From: a virus | Lineage: Duplodnaviria; Caudoviricetes | Virus record (IMG/VR): IMGVR_UViG_3300017747_004591 | Coordinates: 1-27,832 of that record | DNA: 27,832 nucleotides | Reading direction: 5' to 3' (one strand) | Part shown: positions 1 through 9,580 of the stretch, in pieces | Layout: each line of letters begins with the position of its first letter | Numbering within the stretch: the first letter of the stretch is position 1 | Made by a program: the position numbers and the translations under genes | The notes under the pieces: model-generated | Databases searched by the model: none | The model's input: the letters and a program-made list of their open reading frames with translations, nothing else | Told to the model about the DNA's origin: nothing

Positions 1-986
1 AGACCGATGGTTACTGAGTGGGCAATCGCATTTGTACCTATGTTTAGTGCGCCTGTACCACAGTCTAACACTACCGAGGTAGCACCTGTGCTATTTCCTA
101 CGGTAATCGTTCTGGCTGCAGATCCAGTACCTATATTGATATTGTTCGCATCTGCGTCATTTCCGATTCCGATAACTCCGGCCGATGAGTTCAATTCAAG
201 TACCCCGTCGGCATCTAACAGCATCGTATCATCAGAATTTAGGATAATGTCCCCTGACCCTGTTGTCGAAACCGTAAAGTGGCCGGTACCAGTATTGACA
301 GCAACAGCAGTAGCTCCGGTGACGTTACCGATGGTAATCGTTCTAGCACCGGCACCAGTTCCGATGTTAACAGCTCCTGTAGACGCGTCAGAAGCAAGGT
401 TAAGGGCAGTAGCACCAGTGGTGATCGTTGCACTAGCAGACAGGCTTGCAAGGCCACTGGCGGCCAAAGTTGTAAATGATCCAGCCGCAGGTGTCCCAGA
501 TCCAATGGCTGGGGGTGTAGCAAGAACTGCAGCCACTTTAAGGGGAGTCATCGCCGTGGTGTCGTTAGTCCCTGTTAATGCTTCCGCATTGGTGCTGAGC
601 TGCCCAATTCCTGAAACTGCTTCGCTCCATGCAGGCGCTCCGGCGATAGCAAGGTTGTCGGCATAGGTCTTGGTGGCCAAAGAAGTTGGTACCGTGGTGT
701 CGTCAGCTCCGGCCAGTGTTACGTCGGTTTTGATTTTGACAATACCAGCAGTTGTAGTCGTTGCAAGAGCATTTCCGCCCTGATCCCAGGTTCCATTTCC
801 AATATGGGTGTACAAAGCAGCAGGCGATGCGCTTTCATCAAGCCACATTTGGCCTTTTGAATATTCAGTATCTGAAGAGGCCGGTGCACGATTTGCGACG
901 ATCGGAGCAGGGACGACGCTTACGTAGGGCGCATTTCGGCCTACAACTTGCTGAAGATGGGGATTGTTTGATTTAAAGAGTGCCAT
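1..986 (-). CDS. Tail fibre/tailspike-like protein (3' end beyond window edge; absent from ORF track)
   Basis: Translated by hand from ATG at 986 with no stop to position 1: MALFKSNNPHLQQVVGRNAPYVSVVPAPIVANRAPASSDTEYSKGQMWLD... Gly/Thr/Ala-rich with repeats VNIGTGAGARTITIGNVTGATAV / INIGTGSAARTITVGNSTGATSV. Lies after the ejection genes, as in P22-like phages. Confidence 0.75.
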   Translation of the reverse strand, partial: MALFKSNNPHLQQVVGRNAPYVSVVPAPIVANRAPASSDTEYSKGQMWLDESASPAALYTHIGNGTWDQGGNALATTTTAGIVKIKTDVTLAGADDTTVPTSLATKTYADNLAIAGAPAWSEAVSGIGQLSTNAEALTGTNDTTAMTPLKVAAVLATPPAIGSGTPAAGSFTTLAASGLASLSASATITTGATALNLASDASTGAVNIGTGAGARTITIGNVTGATAVAVNTGTGHFTVSTTGSGDIILNSDDTMLLDADGVLELNSSAGVIGIGNDADANNINIGTGSAARTITVGNSTGATSVVLDCGTGALNIGTNAIAHSVTIG

Positions 987-1032
987 AAGATAGTCCTGGT
1001 TAGGGTTTTTCTCTACATTAAATTTTTAACTG

Positions 1033-1060
1033 ATATTTGTCAAAGATTTGTGACAAATAT
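1033..1060. promoter_or_regulatory. 10-bp perfect inverted repeat, candidate operator between divergent genes
   Basis: ATATTTGTCA-N8-TGACAAATAT. The left arm overlaps a minus-strand TTGACA facing the tail fibre gene. Confidence 0.5.
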
Positions 1061-1069
1061 ATTTTTGTG

Positions 1070-1098
1070 TTGCAATCAAATGTAATGCGTGGTATATT
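1070..1098 (+). promoter_or_regulatory. Sigma70-type promoter for HTH gene
   Basis: TTGCAA-17 nt-TATATT with TGn extended -10. Confidence 0.6.
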
Positions 1099-1124
1099 GA
1101 GGTTATTAAAGGAACAGGTGGCGC

Positions 1125-1331
1125 ATGGAATCGGATTACATCACTGTTCAACAGTTGGCATTTAAATTTGATGTATGCTATCGCACCATCCTAAACTCAA
1201 TTGCAAAAGGCAACATAAGAGCCTTCCGGGTAGGCCCAGGAAAGCGTAGTACATGGCGCATACACAAGTCGGAAATCGACCGCCTGGAAGCTACAGGAAT
1301 AATAGAAATTAAAACAGACACGGAGGAATGA
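1125..1331 (+). CDS. Excisionase-family helix-turn-helix DNA-binding protein (HTH_17-like)
   Basis: YITVQQLAFKFDVCYRTILNSIAKGNIRAFRVG...WRIHKSEIDR fits the MerR/Xis-like wHTH pattern. Confidence 0.85.
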   Translation: MESDYITVQQLAFKFDVCYRTILNSIAKGNIRAFRVGPGKRSTWRIHKSEIDRLEATGIIEIKTDTEE

Positions 1332-1332
1332 G

Positions 1333-1404
1333 ATGATTATTATTGGTTTTGCAGCACTTGTGATATATGGAATTTACTTAAATTTGTATGAAACTAGTCC
1401 TTAG
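1333..1404 (+). CDS. Putative 23-aa membrane peptide MIIIGFAALVIYGIYLNLYETSP
   Basis: GGAGG (1322-1326) 6 nt before ATG; hydrophobic; directly follows the HTH gene; below the ORF-track cutoff. Confidence 0.4.
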   Translation: MIIIGFAALVIYGIYLNLYETSP

Positions 1405-2767
1405 GTTCTTCTAACCCCGAACTTTTTAGCTCCTTTTCCATACGATTTAGGTTTGACAGGACGGCAGGCCAATTTTCCTTTGAGGACTCTTTTATAACAT
1501 TTAAATAATGCTGTCTCAATGTGGGTGATTTTGCCATTCTCTTAAGAATTCTTCCTGCGAAATAAGATGTTGTTCCTGCTCCTACTGCGGTCATACCTGA
1601 AGTTCCTAAAAAGAATTTTATCGCCATACCTGTTGCAAGATGGCCAGGAAGCGACTTCGCGTGTGATTTTAGGAAATTTTTTATCCCTTCACTTTGCATC
1701 AATATTGATTTTGCTTCATTGGCATTCAACCACTGATCGATGGCTTCAGGATACTGCGATTTCAAGCTAAGTATTGGTTTTTTTAACTCATCTTTCAAAA
1801 TCCCATAACGATATTTGAGAAGGTCTCTATCTGATTTAGAGAAGGTGTCAAAAAGATTTTTTGCGTTCATGTGCTCGTTGATATCTCTATAAGATTGAAA
1901 CAACTCCTCTGCTGGCATAGCTCCACCCGATGCTTTTGCTTTTAACTCGGAAAGAGGTTTAAGAACTTCTGTTTTTGTGCCTGTCGTTAATCCTTTAGAG
2001 AATTCTTGTTCGATATTCCCAAGGTCATTTGCCAAACCAGTGGTATTAACCATTGTCTGTTGAGGGATTTTCTTCTTTACTTGCTCATATTGTTCCTTCA
2101 CGTATGCATCAGGCGCCCTTTTTCCCAGTTGTCCCATCAAAAATAATGTCCCAATTTCAGTAACTGCTTTTGCTTTTGGAGACGCTCCATATAATTCTGC
2201 AACTTTTCCCGTTCCTTTTGCCGCTGCTGCCTTGAAGACATTTTTTCCTATCGTGTTTAGTAAATTGTAAAAGGTTTTAGGGTTTTCTGCTCCCACAGCA
2301 AGGTCGCCAAATAATCCAGCCACTTCATCACCAAACTCTTCTTGTGCTGATTGTGGATCAGTAAATCCGGATGTAAATTCGCTCGATAATTTCTTTAAGT
2401 CATCTGAAGACGGAAGTTTTTCTAAGGCCTTTCTTCCATACTTTTGAATTGGACTTCCCCCACCAACACCACTTTCAAGCGCTTCTGGCAATTTTGGAAG
2501 CGCTTTGGTTAAATATTTGGCAAATCCAACCAAATTTCCTCCTGTACCCGCAACCGACTCAGCTATTCTTGCTCCCGTCCTAACAACATGTCTTCCTGTT
2601 TCCTCTAATACCGTAGGCTCCTTCTTGTCATGATACTTTGAGAAATCAAAAGGAACAGGTGGTTTTTGTATTCCAGGAGGTTCGCTAATTTGTGGCTGTT
2701 CCTCAGGGCCTTGCTCCTGTTGCTTCCCGGGCTCATCATCGTAATATTTGGAGAAATCAAAGCTCAT
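1394..2767 (-). CDS. Probable DNA ejection / internal virion protein
   Basis: 457 aa; N-terminal duplicated FDFSKY motif; Ala/Gly-rich amphipathic helices; last of three genes at the P22 gp7/gp20/gp16 position. Confidence 0.6.
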   Translation of the reverse strand: MSFDFSKYYDDEPGKQQEQGPEEQPQISEPPGIQKPPVPFDFSKYHDKKEPTVLEETGRHVVRTGARIAESVAGTGGNLVGFAKYLTKALPKLPEALESGVGGGSPIQKYGRKALEKLPSSDDLKKLSSEFTSGFTDPQSAQEEFGDEVAGLFGDLAVGAENPKTFYNLLNTIGKNVFKAAAAKGTGKVAELYGASPKAKAVTEIGTLFLMGQLGKRAPDAYVKEQYEQVKKKIPQQTMVNTTGLANDLGNIEQEFSKGLTTGTKTEVLKPLSELKAKASGGAMPAEELFQSYRDINEHMNAKNLFDTFSKSDRDLLKYRYGILKDELKKPILSLKSQYPEAIDQWLNANEAKSILMQSEGIKNFLKSHAKSLPGHLATGMAIKFFLGTSGMTAVGAGTTSYFAGRILKRMAKSPTLRQHYLNVIKESSKENWPAVLSNLNRMEKELKSSGLEEPKD

Positions 2768-3795
2768 GGAAATCTTGCTCCAGCTTTTATAGCCGATTCC
2801 AGTTCATTTGCAGGTATACTCACCGATCTTCCATCTGGCGCAATCATTTTGATTTTAGTTTGAAATTTATCAGCTTCCTTTGACATTCCATCTCTAAGTT
2901 CTTCTCCGATGGCGTTCATGCGGTGCTTTATTCGATCATTAAGCATTTGTCCCATATTTCTTGGCTTCGTTCCACCATTTTCTTTTATGATATCTTTCAT
3001 TGCATCGTAGCGTAATTTTTTTGCTTCATTTAATAACCTACGATTTTTTATGATAATCTTTTTTCCCGCATCTGAGTTTACCAAACTAGGGATCGTTTTC
3101 ATGTATGCCTGGATTTCATACACTCTAATTTGTCCTGGGAAAACTTTAGAAACATCTCTTACATAGTCGGCTTCGACTTTGGCATATTCTTCAGCATCTG
3201 GATTTGACAAAACAGCCAATGGTATACCAAAAGAGTCCAACGTTTTTACCATCATTGGGGTTGGCAAAGTACCCTTTTCTGCCAACTGCTCCTGTCTTCC
3301 TAAACGCATATCCTCCATATTAGCAGAATCATAGTCCTTTTCTATCTCTGTGGCTAGATTACTTACTCGTTCGGCCTCTAACTTTGCTTCTGTTGGTTCG
3401 AATGTAGGCTTTTCTAGATTTATCAACGTTCGAAGACTGGTCGGAGAGAGTTCGGCCCTTTCTTCTTGGGTAAGCTCTTGACCACTTTGATGCTTTGCTA
3501 AAAGTTCGGATTCTCTCCGTGCATTTAAAGCCTTTTGATTTTCCATTTCAGCTTTAGTTCTTGAACTCGCCCTTGTCTGCTGTAATTCGTATGCCTTTAA
3601 CTGCTGCTCTGCCGGCAACTGGGAAAATTGGTCCGACTGTTCTCCAAAGAGCATCTTTGCAAGCTGCCCCTGCTGCTTTAGTCTGTCCTGGTTGGCCAGA
3701 TGCTGTCCTATCCCGCTACCAAATGCCTGCCCCATGTATTCCGCCGTTCTCGCCTTAGTCGATTGCGGAAGTATCGTCACCTGTACCATTACCAC
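2764..3795 (-). CDS. Probable DNA ejection protein
   Basis: 343 aa (start possibly 3789); GQAFGSGIGQ N-terminus then helical Glu/Gln-rich body; synteny. Confidence 0.6.
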   Translation of the reverse strand: MVMVQVTILPQSTKARTAEYMGQAFGSGIGQHLANQDRLKQQGQLAKMLFGEQSDQFSQLPAEQQLKAYELQQTRASSRTKAEMENQKALNARRESELLAKHQSGQELTQEERAELSPTSLRTLINLEKPTFEPTEAKLEAERVSNLATEIEKDYDSANMEDMRLGRQEQLAEKGTLPTPMMVKTLDSFGIPLAVLSNPDAEEYAKVEADYVRDVSKVFPGQIRVYEIQAYMKTIPSLVNSDAGKKIIIKNRRLLNEAKKLRYDAMKDIIKENGGTKPRNMGQMLNDRIKHRMNAIGEELRDGMSKEADKFQTKIKMIAPDGRSVSIPANELESAIKAGARFP

Positions 3796-4466
3796 CCTCC
3801 ACCCATTATTGGTCCATAATCGCCCCAGGCATCGCCGGCCTGGTTCATCAAATTGCTCATTCCAGGCATTCCTTTATTCATCCAACCGCCGAAAGCTGCT
3901 TGACCAGCTCCCATCCCACCGGGTTGGTAGCTATATTGGAACGGCTGTGCACCAAGTGCCTGGCCCATCATCCCTGAATATTGACCCATTAGGCCCTGCC
4001 CAGCCTGCATTCCTAGTTGTGCCTTAAGTTGTGCCAGGGTAGCTTGCAAGTTGCCTCCTGCGGCCCCTAAAGACTGCCCAAAACCAGAAGAAGACAAGCC
4101 CCCGCCCATTGCTCCAGCACCTGCAAATCGTTCTGCAAGGCCCGGTATCGTCTGCTGATTGAATTCATTCATATAGGGCTGTGTAAATTGACTTACCGCC
4201 TCAGAAGAGGGATCAAGCAATTGCCGGTAAAGATCGATAGATTCTTTATTGCCTTGCCCTAATCCCCCCTGTGGCCCCAATTGCTGGATAAGCCCTTGAA
4301 GCATCTTTTGCTGTTCGGGGGTCATCGTAGGCAACTGTTTCATCTTGTCTTTGGTGCCCTTTCCTCCCAAAAACCCGCCAAGCACACCACCGGCCAATGC
4401 TCCCCATGGTCCTGCTGCACTTCCACCTGCTGCTCCTGAAGCTGCTCCCCCTAAATTAAATCTCAT
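3789..4466 (-). CDS. Gly/Gln-rich DNA transfer (pilot/gp7-like) protein
   Basis: N-terminal glycine zipper GAASGAAGGSAAGPWGALAGGVLGGFLGG; low-complexity G/Q/A/M composition typical of podovirus ejection proteins. Confidence 0.7.
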   Translation of the reverse strand: MRFNLGGAASGAAGGSAAGPWGALAGGVLGGFLGGKGTKDKMKQLPTMTPEQQKMLQGLIQQLGPQGGLGQGNKESIDLYRQLLDPSSEAVSQFTQPYMNEFNQQTIPGLAERFAGAGAMGGGLSSSGFGQSLGAAGGNLQATLAQLKAQLGMQAGQGLMGQYSGMMGQALGAQPFQYSYQPGGMGAGQAAFGGWMNKGMPGMSNLMNQAGDAWGDYGPIMGGGW

Positions 4467-4475
4467 GGCATCACC

Positions 4476-4982
4476 TTAATTTTTCGTGTACTCTGCGGTT
4501 ACAAGGCATTTGTCTAATGGCCCTATCCCTGCACCTGTTGTAATATAAACATTCGTTGAACTCAATCTAATTTCTATATTTCTGTTTAATGTAGGACTTG
4601 AGAACGGCAACGGGATATATTCCCCACCACTTGTCAGCGCCGATCCACTCATTTCCGTTAGTTCTGTCAATCCTGTTATCCCATGTGCCCAATTTAATGC
4701 AGTCCCAGCAGCAATGGACCCCCCGTTTAGATCCACCAAATCAAAAGTCTTCCTATATACGTTTCTCTGTGTCTGCGGGTTGCTCCTGGTGAAAAACTGC
4801 TTGAAAGAACTCTTTTCCTCAGGATTATATAACCCCCCGATCTTTGTGTTGACCGTCGTCAGCACCTTTTTAATCTCACGCTGAAGAATATCCTTAAACT
4901 CTGAACCCTTGTCAACTTCCGGTAAGTCTATCGTCTCCGGTAATTGATTGACTTCTCCTGATTGGTTGCTGCTGAAACTCAT
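4476..4982 (-). CDS. Probable virion structural protein
   Basis: 168 aa; beta-rich C-terminus (VYRKTF...WAHGITG...VTAEYTK); coupled to the nozzle gene. Confidence 0.55.
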   Translation of the reverse strand: MSFSSNQSGEVNQLPETIDLPEVDKGSEFKDILQREIKKVLTTVNTKIGGLYNPEEKSSFKQFFTRSNPQTQRNVYRKTFDLVDLNGGSIAAGTALNWAHGITGLTELTEMSGSALTSGGEYIPLPFSSPTLNRNIEIRLSSTNVYITTGAGIGPLDKCLVTAEYTKN

Positions 4983-7546
4983 ATGTTCTTACCTCCGGCT
5001 CTCCCCCAAACAGTCATGGCATTCATCTCAAATGCCTGCTTGTGTGTGTCCGGGTCGTTCATCAGCGCATCAGAGTACGAAATATCCACTGCTAAATATT
5101 GCCCATGCCCAGGGCTGTAGAACCTGTGCCACGCATAATTTGATCCTGCAACATAAAGATTAGAATCGGTCTGCTCCCAGCTACCACCAGACACGTAAGC
5201 CGTATAAGCCGACGTATCTAAATCTATCCTAAAGTGATCTGTATCTACAAAAGTTACCGTACGTATATTAGCTTCGATGGGAGGCACCCCTACCATACCT
5301 ACAACGTTCTGTATATTGATTTGCGCCCCAGTCAACAAACCGTGATTTTTGCTCGTTACAAGGCACACCGTCGCATTTGTCATCGCGCTGATTCGCCCGT
5401 ATGCATTCAGCGAGTTTTCACTACGATCATTGACTATAACCACGTTCTCGGTTTGTCCACGCACGGAATTTACAAATAAACTTGCTGTCACCGCCGATCT
5501 TGGTGTAGCATCCACCATCATATCTATGTAAGAAACCGCGAACTCCTTACCTTGGCCCTGGAATGGGTTAAAATCCTTCGTCCTGATTTCCATTTTCGGC
5601 AGCAACGTTACCAGGCCACCACCGATATAGGTTCCTGTTCCTGTTGCCGGTGTAAAGTTTATTGTGTCCCCTTCAGTCGACTTATAATGGTTGGTCTCAA
5701 AGTCAAAGACATATAGATCTAAAAGATCGTTCGTATTTGGGGTAACAATATAAAACTTATCATTCAGATCAGTAGTTATCGGCAATTGCGTCGCAGAATC
5801 CACAAATAGCATTCCTGTGATGAAAATGATCTCGTCGTGTTTTAAATTGTGATTGATCACCTGTATCTGCAATGGGCTCGTGGCGCTCCTGGTGATAGCT
5901 CTAATCGATAAAGATTCATTTTCAATAAAAGGCACTGTAGAATCAGCGCTTACCTCCGCATCCATAGGCGTTTGATACCAATGAATAAACCCTTGCTGGT
6001 TACCAGAGATAATCGCAGGATATTGCTCCGGATAAATCTCGTCCCATGATGTTGCCGAATCCCATTGTATAGAACTATCCCAACTATCCCCTTCCGGGGT
6101 TTGCAAAATACCAAATGCTGTTACATTATCTCGGAAAAGCGCCCACGTATCTTTGTCGTAGTCGTATACAAGAACCCTATTGGGATATTTACTGGATTCT
6201 CCTGCGCTTGGGAAAGACCAGAAAACAACCTGCTTTTTAAAGTCCCTAGCTACTTGTATGCGTTCTTTTCCCCCATCCCTGTTGTTAAAGGAAAAGACCG
6301 CATCGGGTATTTCAACGTCAATACGCGACACACTAGATCCGCTGCTTGCAACAATGGCCTTGTCACCTATCGCAAGAACGCCATCATCGAATAAAACTGT
6401 TGAGAAGGTTGATTCAGAACCAAAGTCCGAAGAGATCCTTTCCCATTTGAACGGCATCCCATACTCACCAACATAAATCAATTCCCATGTGGATCTTTCA
6501 AATGTCACGATTAAAGTATTTTTGAAAAACCTGGCTGAGGTTATAACTTCGGCGGTAGGCGCATCAATAAATCCTCCCTTGCCGAAAACATTTTCTAGCC
6601 AGCTTCCCAATAAAGGGTCGTTGGTCTGATTCGTCGGGTCTCCAATCTGTGAAAATCGACATCTGTTGAAATATTGCGCTCCGGTATCTGGTGCCGTACC
6701 TTCATATGTATTTAGGGCCAGCAACCGCCCATAATACGGCAAAATAATCCTTGCCTGGATGAGTTTAATTGTAGTGTTAACAAACGGTGCAAAATCGTTC
6801 CACGTGGAACCATCATAATAACGAATGGGATCGTAAAGGGTCAGACTGGCGGGTGTAAAATAGAAATTCGTCGCGAAAAATAGCCTCAAATCGGCCGTTG
6901 CACCCCTGTAATTAGTCGTCCAGAAGAAATTAGAATCTGATCCCGTCCACTGTGAAGTCCCAAACTGGCTGAAGTTGTCGCCATCATAGGAATAGGCATA
7001 CTTCGTATCAAAGATGACCGCGCTTTCATCGTTAATAGCTGAATTCTCCAGCGTAGTGTTTCCCATGCACGGCAGCCCGGGGAAATAGCCGAAATCTATC
7101 GTGGCTGGTACCGCCCCTGCAGTATGCGTGATAGTCACCACATAAGTGAGATAATTTATCACCCCACTACATCCAGGCGTTACACTTGTCAGCGTACCAT
7201 CTCCTTGGTCTTGTAGTACAACAGCCCCGATTACAATCCGTACGCTGCCCGGCTCAATCTCTGCTGTGGTTTCCAATGACTGAGGTGCTACGAATAACGG
7301 AACAGTCAACGTTGAAAAAATGGTATTTATCGTCCACGAACCCGCTACAGCATTTCCAAGCGCCAACGCTGTAAAGTACCTTCTCAGCCTGGCAACCAGC
7401 TTAATCCCTTCCCTCTTCTTTACCCGACCACGCCAAACATACGCGTTGTAAAGATCCGGAAACGCAGAATCCCCTAGCAAAAAAGCCTTCTTGTTGGTCT
7501 CAAGTCCTTTGTCGTAGCCTAAAATGTGAAACGGTTTTAGCGACAT
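4979..7546 (-). CDS. Tail nozzle / packaged-DNA stabilisation protein (P22 gp10 / tubular protein B-like) with inserted FCCH-like domains
   Basis: 855 aa; beta-propeller-like segments (RCRFSQIGDP, RVLVYDYDKDTWALF); WDSSIQWDSATSWD motif; position after the adaptor. Confidence 0.7.
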   Translation of the reverse strand: MSLKPFHILGYDKGLETNKKAFLLGDSAFPDLYNAYVWRGRVKKREGIKLVARLRRYFTALALGNAVAGSWTINTIFSTLTVPLFVAPQSLETTAEIEPGSVRIVIGAVVLQDQGDGTLTSVTPGCSGVINYLTYVVTITHTAGAVPATIDFGYFPGLPCMGNTTLENSAINDESAVIFDTKYAYSYDGDNFSQFGTSQWTGSDSNFFWTTNYRGATADLRLFFATNFYFTPASLTLYDPIRYYDGSTWNDFAPFVNTTIKLIQARIILPYYGRLLALNTYEGTAPDTGAQYFNRCRFSQIGDPTNQTNDPLLGSWLENVFGKGGFIDAPTAEVITSARFFKNTLIVTFERSTWELIYVGEYGMPFKWERISSDFGSESTFSTVLFDDGVLAIGDKAIVASSGSSVSRIDVEIPDAVFSFNNRDGGKERIQVARDFKKQVVFWSFPSAGESSKYPNRVLVYDYDKDTWALFRDNVTAFGILQTPEGDSWDSSIQWDSATSWDEIYPEQYPAIISGNQQGFIHWYQTPMDAEVSADSTVPFIENESLSIRAITRSATSPLQIQVINHNLKHDEIIFITGMLFVDSATQLPITTDLNDKFYIVTPNTNDLLDLYVFDFETNHYKSTEGDTINFTPATGTGTYIGGGLVTLLPKMEIRTKDFNPFQGQGKEFAVSYIDMMVDATPRSAVTASLFVNSVRGQTENVVIVNDRSENSLNAYGRISAMTNATVCLVTSKNHGLLTGAQINIQNVVGMVGVPPIEANIRTVTFVDTDHFRIDLDTSAYTAYVSGGSWEQTDSNLYVAGSNYAWHRFYSPGHGQYLAVDISYSDALMNDPDTHKQAFEMNAMTVWGRAGGKNI

Positions 7547-8160
7547 TATTTACCTACTGCAAACCAGCTAATAGAAGCCCCAGTTGTTGAACTTCCACAA
7601 ACAAAATTAGTGGCTGTTATCGAACTCGGGTTACTGGAGGCATTATTCATAACAACATATACATCTGCAGCAGATGCATAAGCTTTTGGGAATATTACCG
7701 TTCTGCTCGCCGCTAGATTTCCTGGAAATGCAATTACAATTGTCCCGTAATTGTAAATTACACCACCTGGCAAAAACGTCCAACCGCCTTTAAGCTCTGG
7801 TACACCTGCCGCTGCTGCCTGATAAATTGTATTGGTACCAAATTTTGCATACTCCGCTTCGTCGACACGTGTAAGCTGGTATAGCTGCCCACCCGTTCCC
7901 GCGCTATCATCGGAACGGTACCATAGATTTGATTCGGCCGGACCCGTACCAAGTTTTACGAATAACGCTCCCTCATTTGCAGCAGTTGCAGGATCCGACC
8001 CCTGGTCAGGCATTTGCATAAACTTGTGCTTGCCCAGACCATTCACCGACAAGTGATTGGCTTCGATATTCGTTCGAAGAAGATTAAAATTAGTTCTTAT
8101 CGCATCCCTACTCGATACAAGAGTGTCATTGCTTGCAGCTGGTCTTGGGTCGTATGTCAT
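7546..8160 (-). CDS. Small tail/fibre-associated protein with gp53-like C-terminal domain
   Basis: GWTFLPGGVIYNYG...VIFPKAY...ISWFAVGK matches the common phage tail-fibre C-terminal pattern. Confidence 0.65.
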   Translation of the reverse strand: MTYDPRPAASNDTLVSSRDAIRTNFNLLRTNIEANHLSVNGLGKHKFMQMPDQGSDPATAANEGALFVKLGTGPAESNLWYRSDDSAGTGGQLYQLTRVDEAEYAKFGTNTIYQAAAAGVPELKGGWTFLPGGVIYNYGTIVIAFPGNLAASRTVIFPKAYASAADVYVVMNNASSNPSSITATNFVCGSSTTGASISWFAVGK

Positions 8161-8161
8161 A

Positions 8162-9211
8162 TTATCCCTCGAAATTTAATTGGTTTAAAGCGTCACGGTA
8201 CATCGTAGGAATCTGCCTTGATCCCAGTTGTCCATATGTTTTACTTCTGATGTTGCTTAGTTGCTCTTCGATGAACACCTGCATCATCTGCACCCCTTCC
8301 ATATCCAACCGCTCCTGGTAAAGCTTCTTGGATACTCCATAGACAATAAGCTCCCACCAGCTAAATTCCTCCGGCCTTCCGCTCTCGTTAAAGGCCGTTG
8401 TGCTTGTCGTTCCCAATAGCGCCTTGGACGGCTGCCTAAAGGCCTCCATCTCCACTGCGTACGCTTGATCTGGTACCGCTGAAAGGACAAATTGATTGTG
8501 TTGAAACAAGATCGCCGTCGGCTTGCCGAATGTGGTCTTTATGTACTGTACGCGGATCTCATTATCCGTAGGTACAGAGACAGAAAACGAAAGGTTCGTA
8601 ATAACTCCCGTCAAATAGTCTATAGTCCCACTAGTGCAATTCCCTATCAGATTTCCCGCTCCATCATCCGTCACATGCAGCGTGCTCGACGCCGTATTAG
8701 CCGATATCAAAATGTTCTGAATCCTCGTGATGTTCGGATTGCCAAAATTCGGTGGATAGCCAGCAGGCGAGACACCAGTAGGTGCTGTCTGCGTTACCAC
8801 CATCGGGTTATTATACACGCTGCGCCGCATCGGAGACCCTACAGTCGATCCTGAGTATGGGCCTACCGTACCATCACCATAGTCAAAGATCTCGCTCGTA
8901 GAGGCGTTAAAATTGCGTCCATAGAAAGAATTCCAATCCTGAAACAATGGTACTTGGATCTTGGCGATGAACGCCGGTGCGCTCACCCCCATCCAGTTGT
9001 CAAAGTCAAAAGGGTACACGTCCACACCTTGGATCGTGTTGAACGTGTAAATATCCTTTAACTTGAGAATCCTCAGATCGCTAGGAAAATCATTGATGTA
9101 GTACGCGTTTATGTACTTGATGATCTTCTCATCCGTCAACTGGCTGCTACGCCCCGTTGCCGATACGATTCTTATCCTCTCAATGATGTCTCCTAGTAAT
9201 CCTACGGTCAT
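8162..9211 (-). CDS. Head-tail adaptor (tubular protein A-like)
   Basis: Helical N-terminus (IIKYINAYY), FNTIQGVDVYPF, PTAILF...VPDQAYAVEMEAF, WWELIVYGVSKK; synteny. Confidence 0.7.
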   Translation of the reverse strand: MTVGLLGDIIERIRIVSATGRSSQLTDEKIIKYINAYYINDFPSDLRILKLKDIYTFNTIQGVDVYPFDFDNWMGVSAPAFIAKIQVPLFQDWNSFYGRNFNASTSEIFDYGDGTVGPYSGSTVGSPMRRSVYNNPMVVTQTAPTGVSPAGYPPNFGNPNITRIQNILISANTASSTLHVTDDGAGNLIGNCTSGTIDYLTGVITNLSFSVSVPTDNEIRVQYIKTTFGKPTAILFQHNQFVLSAVPDQAYAVEMEAFRQPSKALLGTTSTTAFNESGRPEEFSWWELIVYGVSKKLYQERLDMEGVQMMQVFIEEQLSNIRSKTYGQLGSRQIPTMYRDALNQLNFEG

Positions 9212-9579
9212 TAGATGTAATCCTGTGGTATGAAACGCACCCTAGAGGCCGTTTCAAAGGTTCTCGGTGTTTTTACAGCCCCTGTTGCCGGCTGCTCTAC
9301 GTCCATGTATCTCCTAATCTTTTTCCTAGTCCCATTCAAGTGTTTTACCAGGCCCATGGGTATTTCGCAAACCTCCCCGTGTACCAACTGATAGGTCTGT
9401 ATCGTGTCGCCGGGATAGACCCTATAGCTAAACTCAAAAAAACCACCCTCGGCTTCAACAAATTCAAAAGTTCCCTTAACAAGTTTCTCGTCTTCCTTCT
9501 TCATCGTCTTGATCATAGCCTCGACCTCAGTCTTAGGCTTCTTGTTCGTGACCTTCTTGTTTAACTCTATTACTCGCAT
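9211..9579 (-). CDS. Hypothetical phage protein (morphogenesis module)
   Basis: 122-aa ORF coupled to its neighbours. Confidence 0.7.
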   Translation of the reverse strand: MRVIELNKKVTNKKPKTEVEAMIKTMKKEDEKLVKGTFEFVEAEGGFFEFSYRVYPGDTIQTYQLVHGEVCEIPMGLVKHLNGTRKKIRRYMDVEQPATGAVKTPRTFETASRVRFIPQDYI

Positions 9580-9580
9580 G

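Noticed and set aside
7-666. 219-aa plus-strand ORF
   Set aside because: Antisense shadow of the minus-strand tail fibre ORF (986 to <1), which the track missed because it has no stop in the window.
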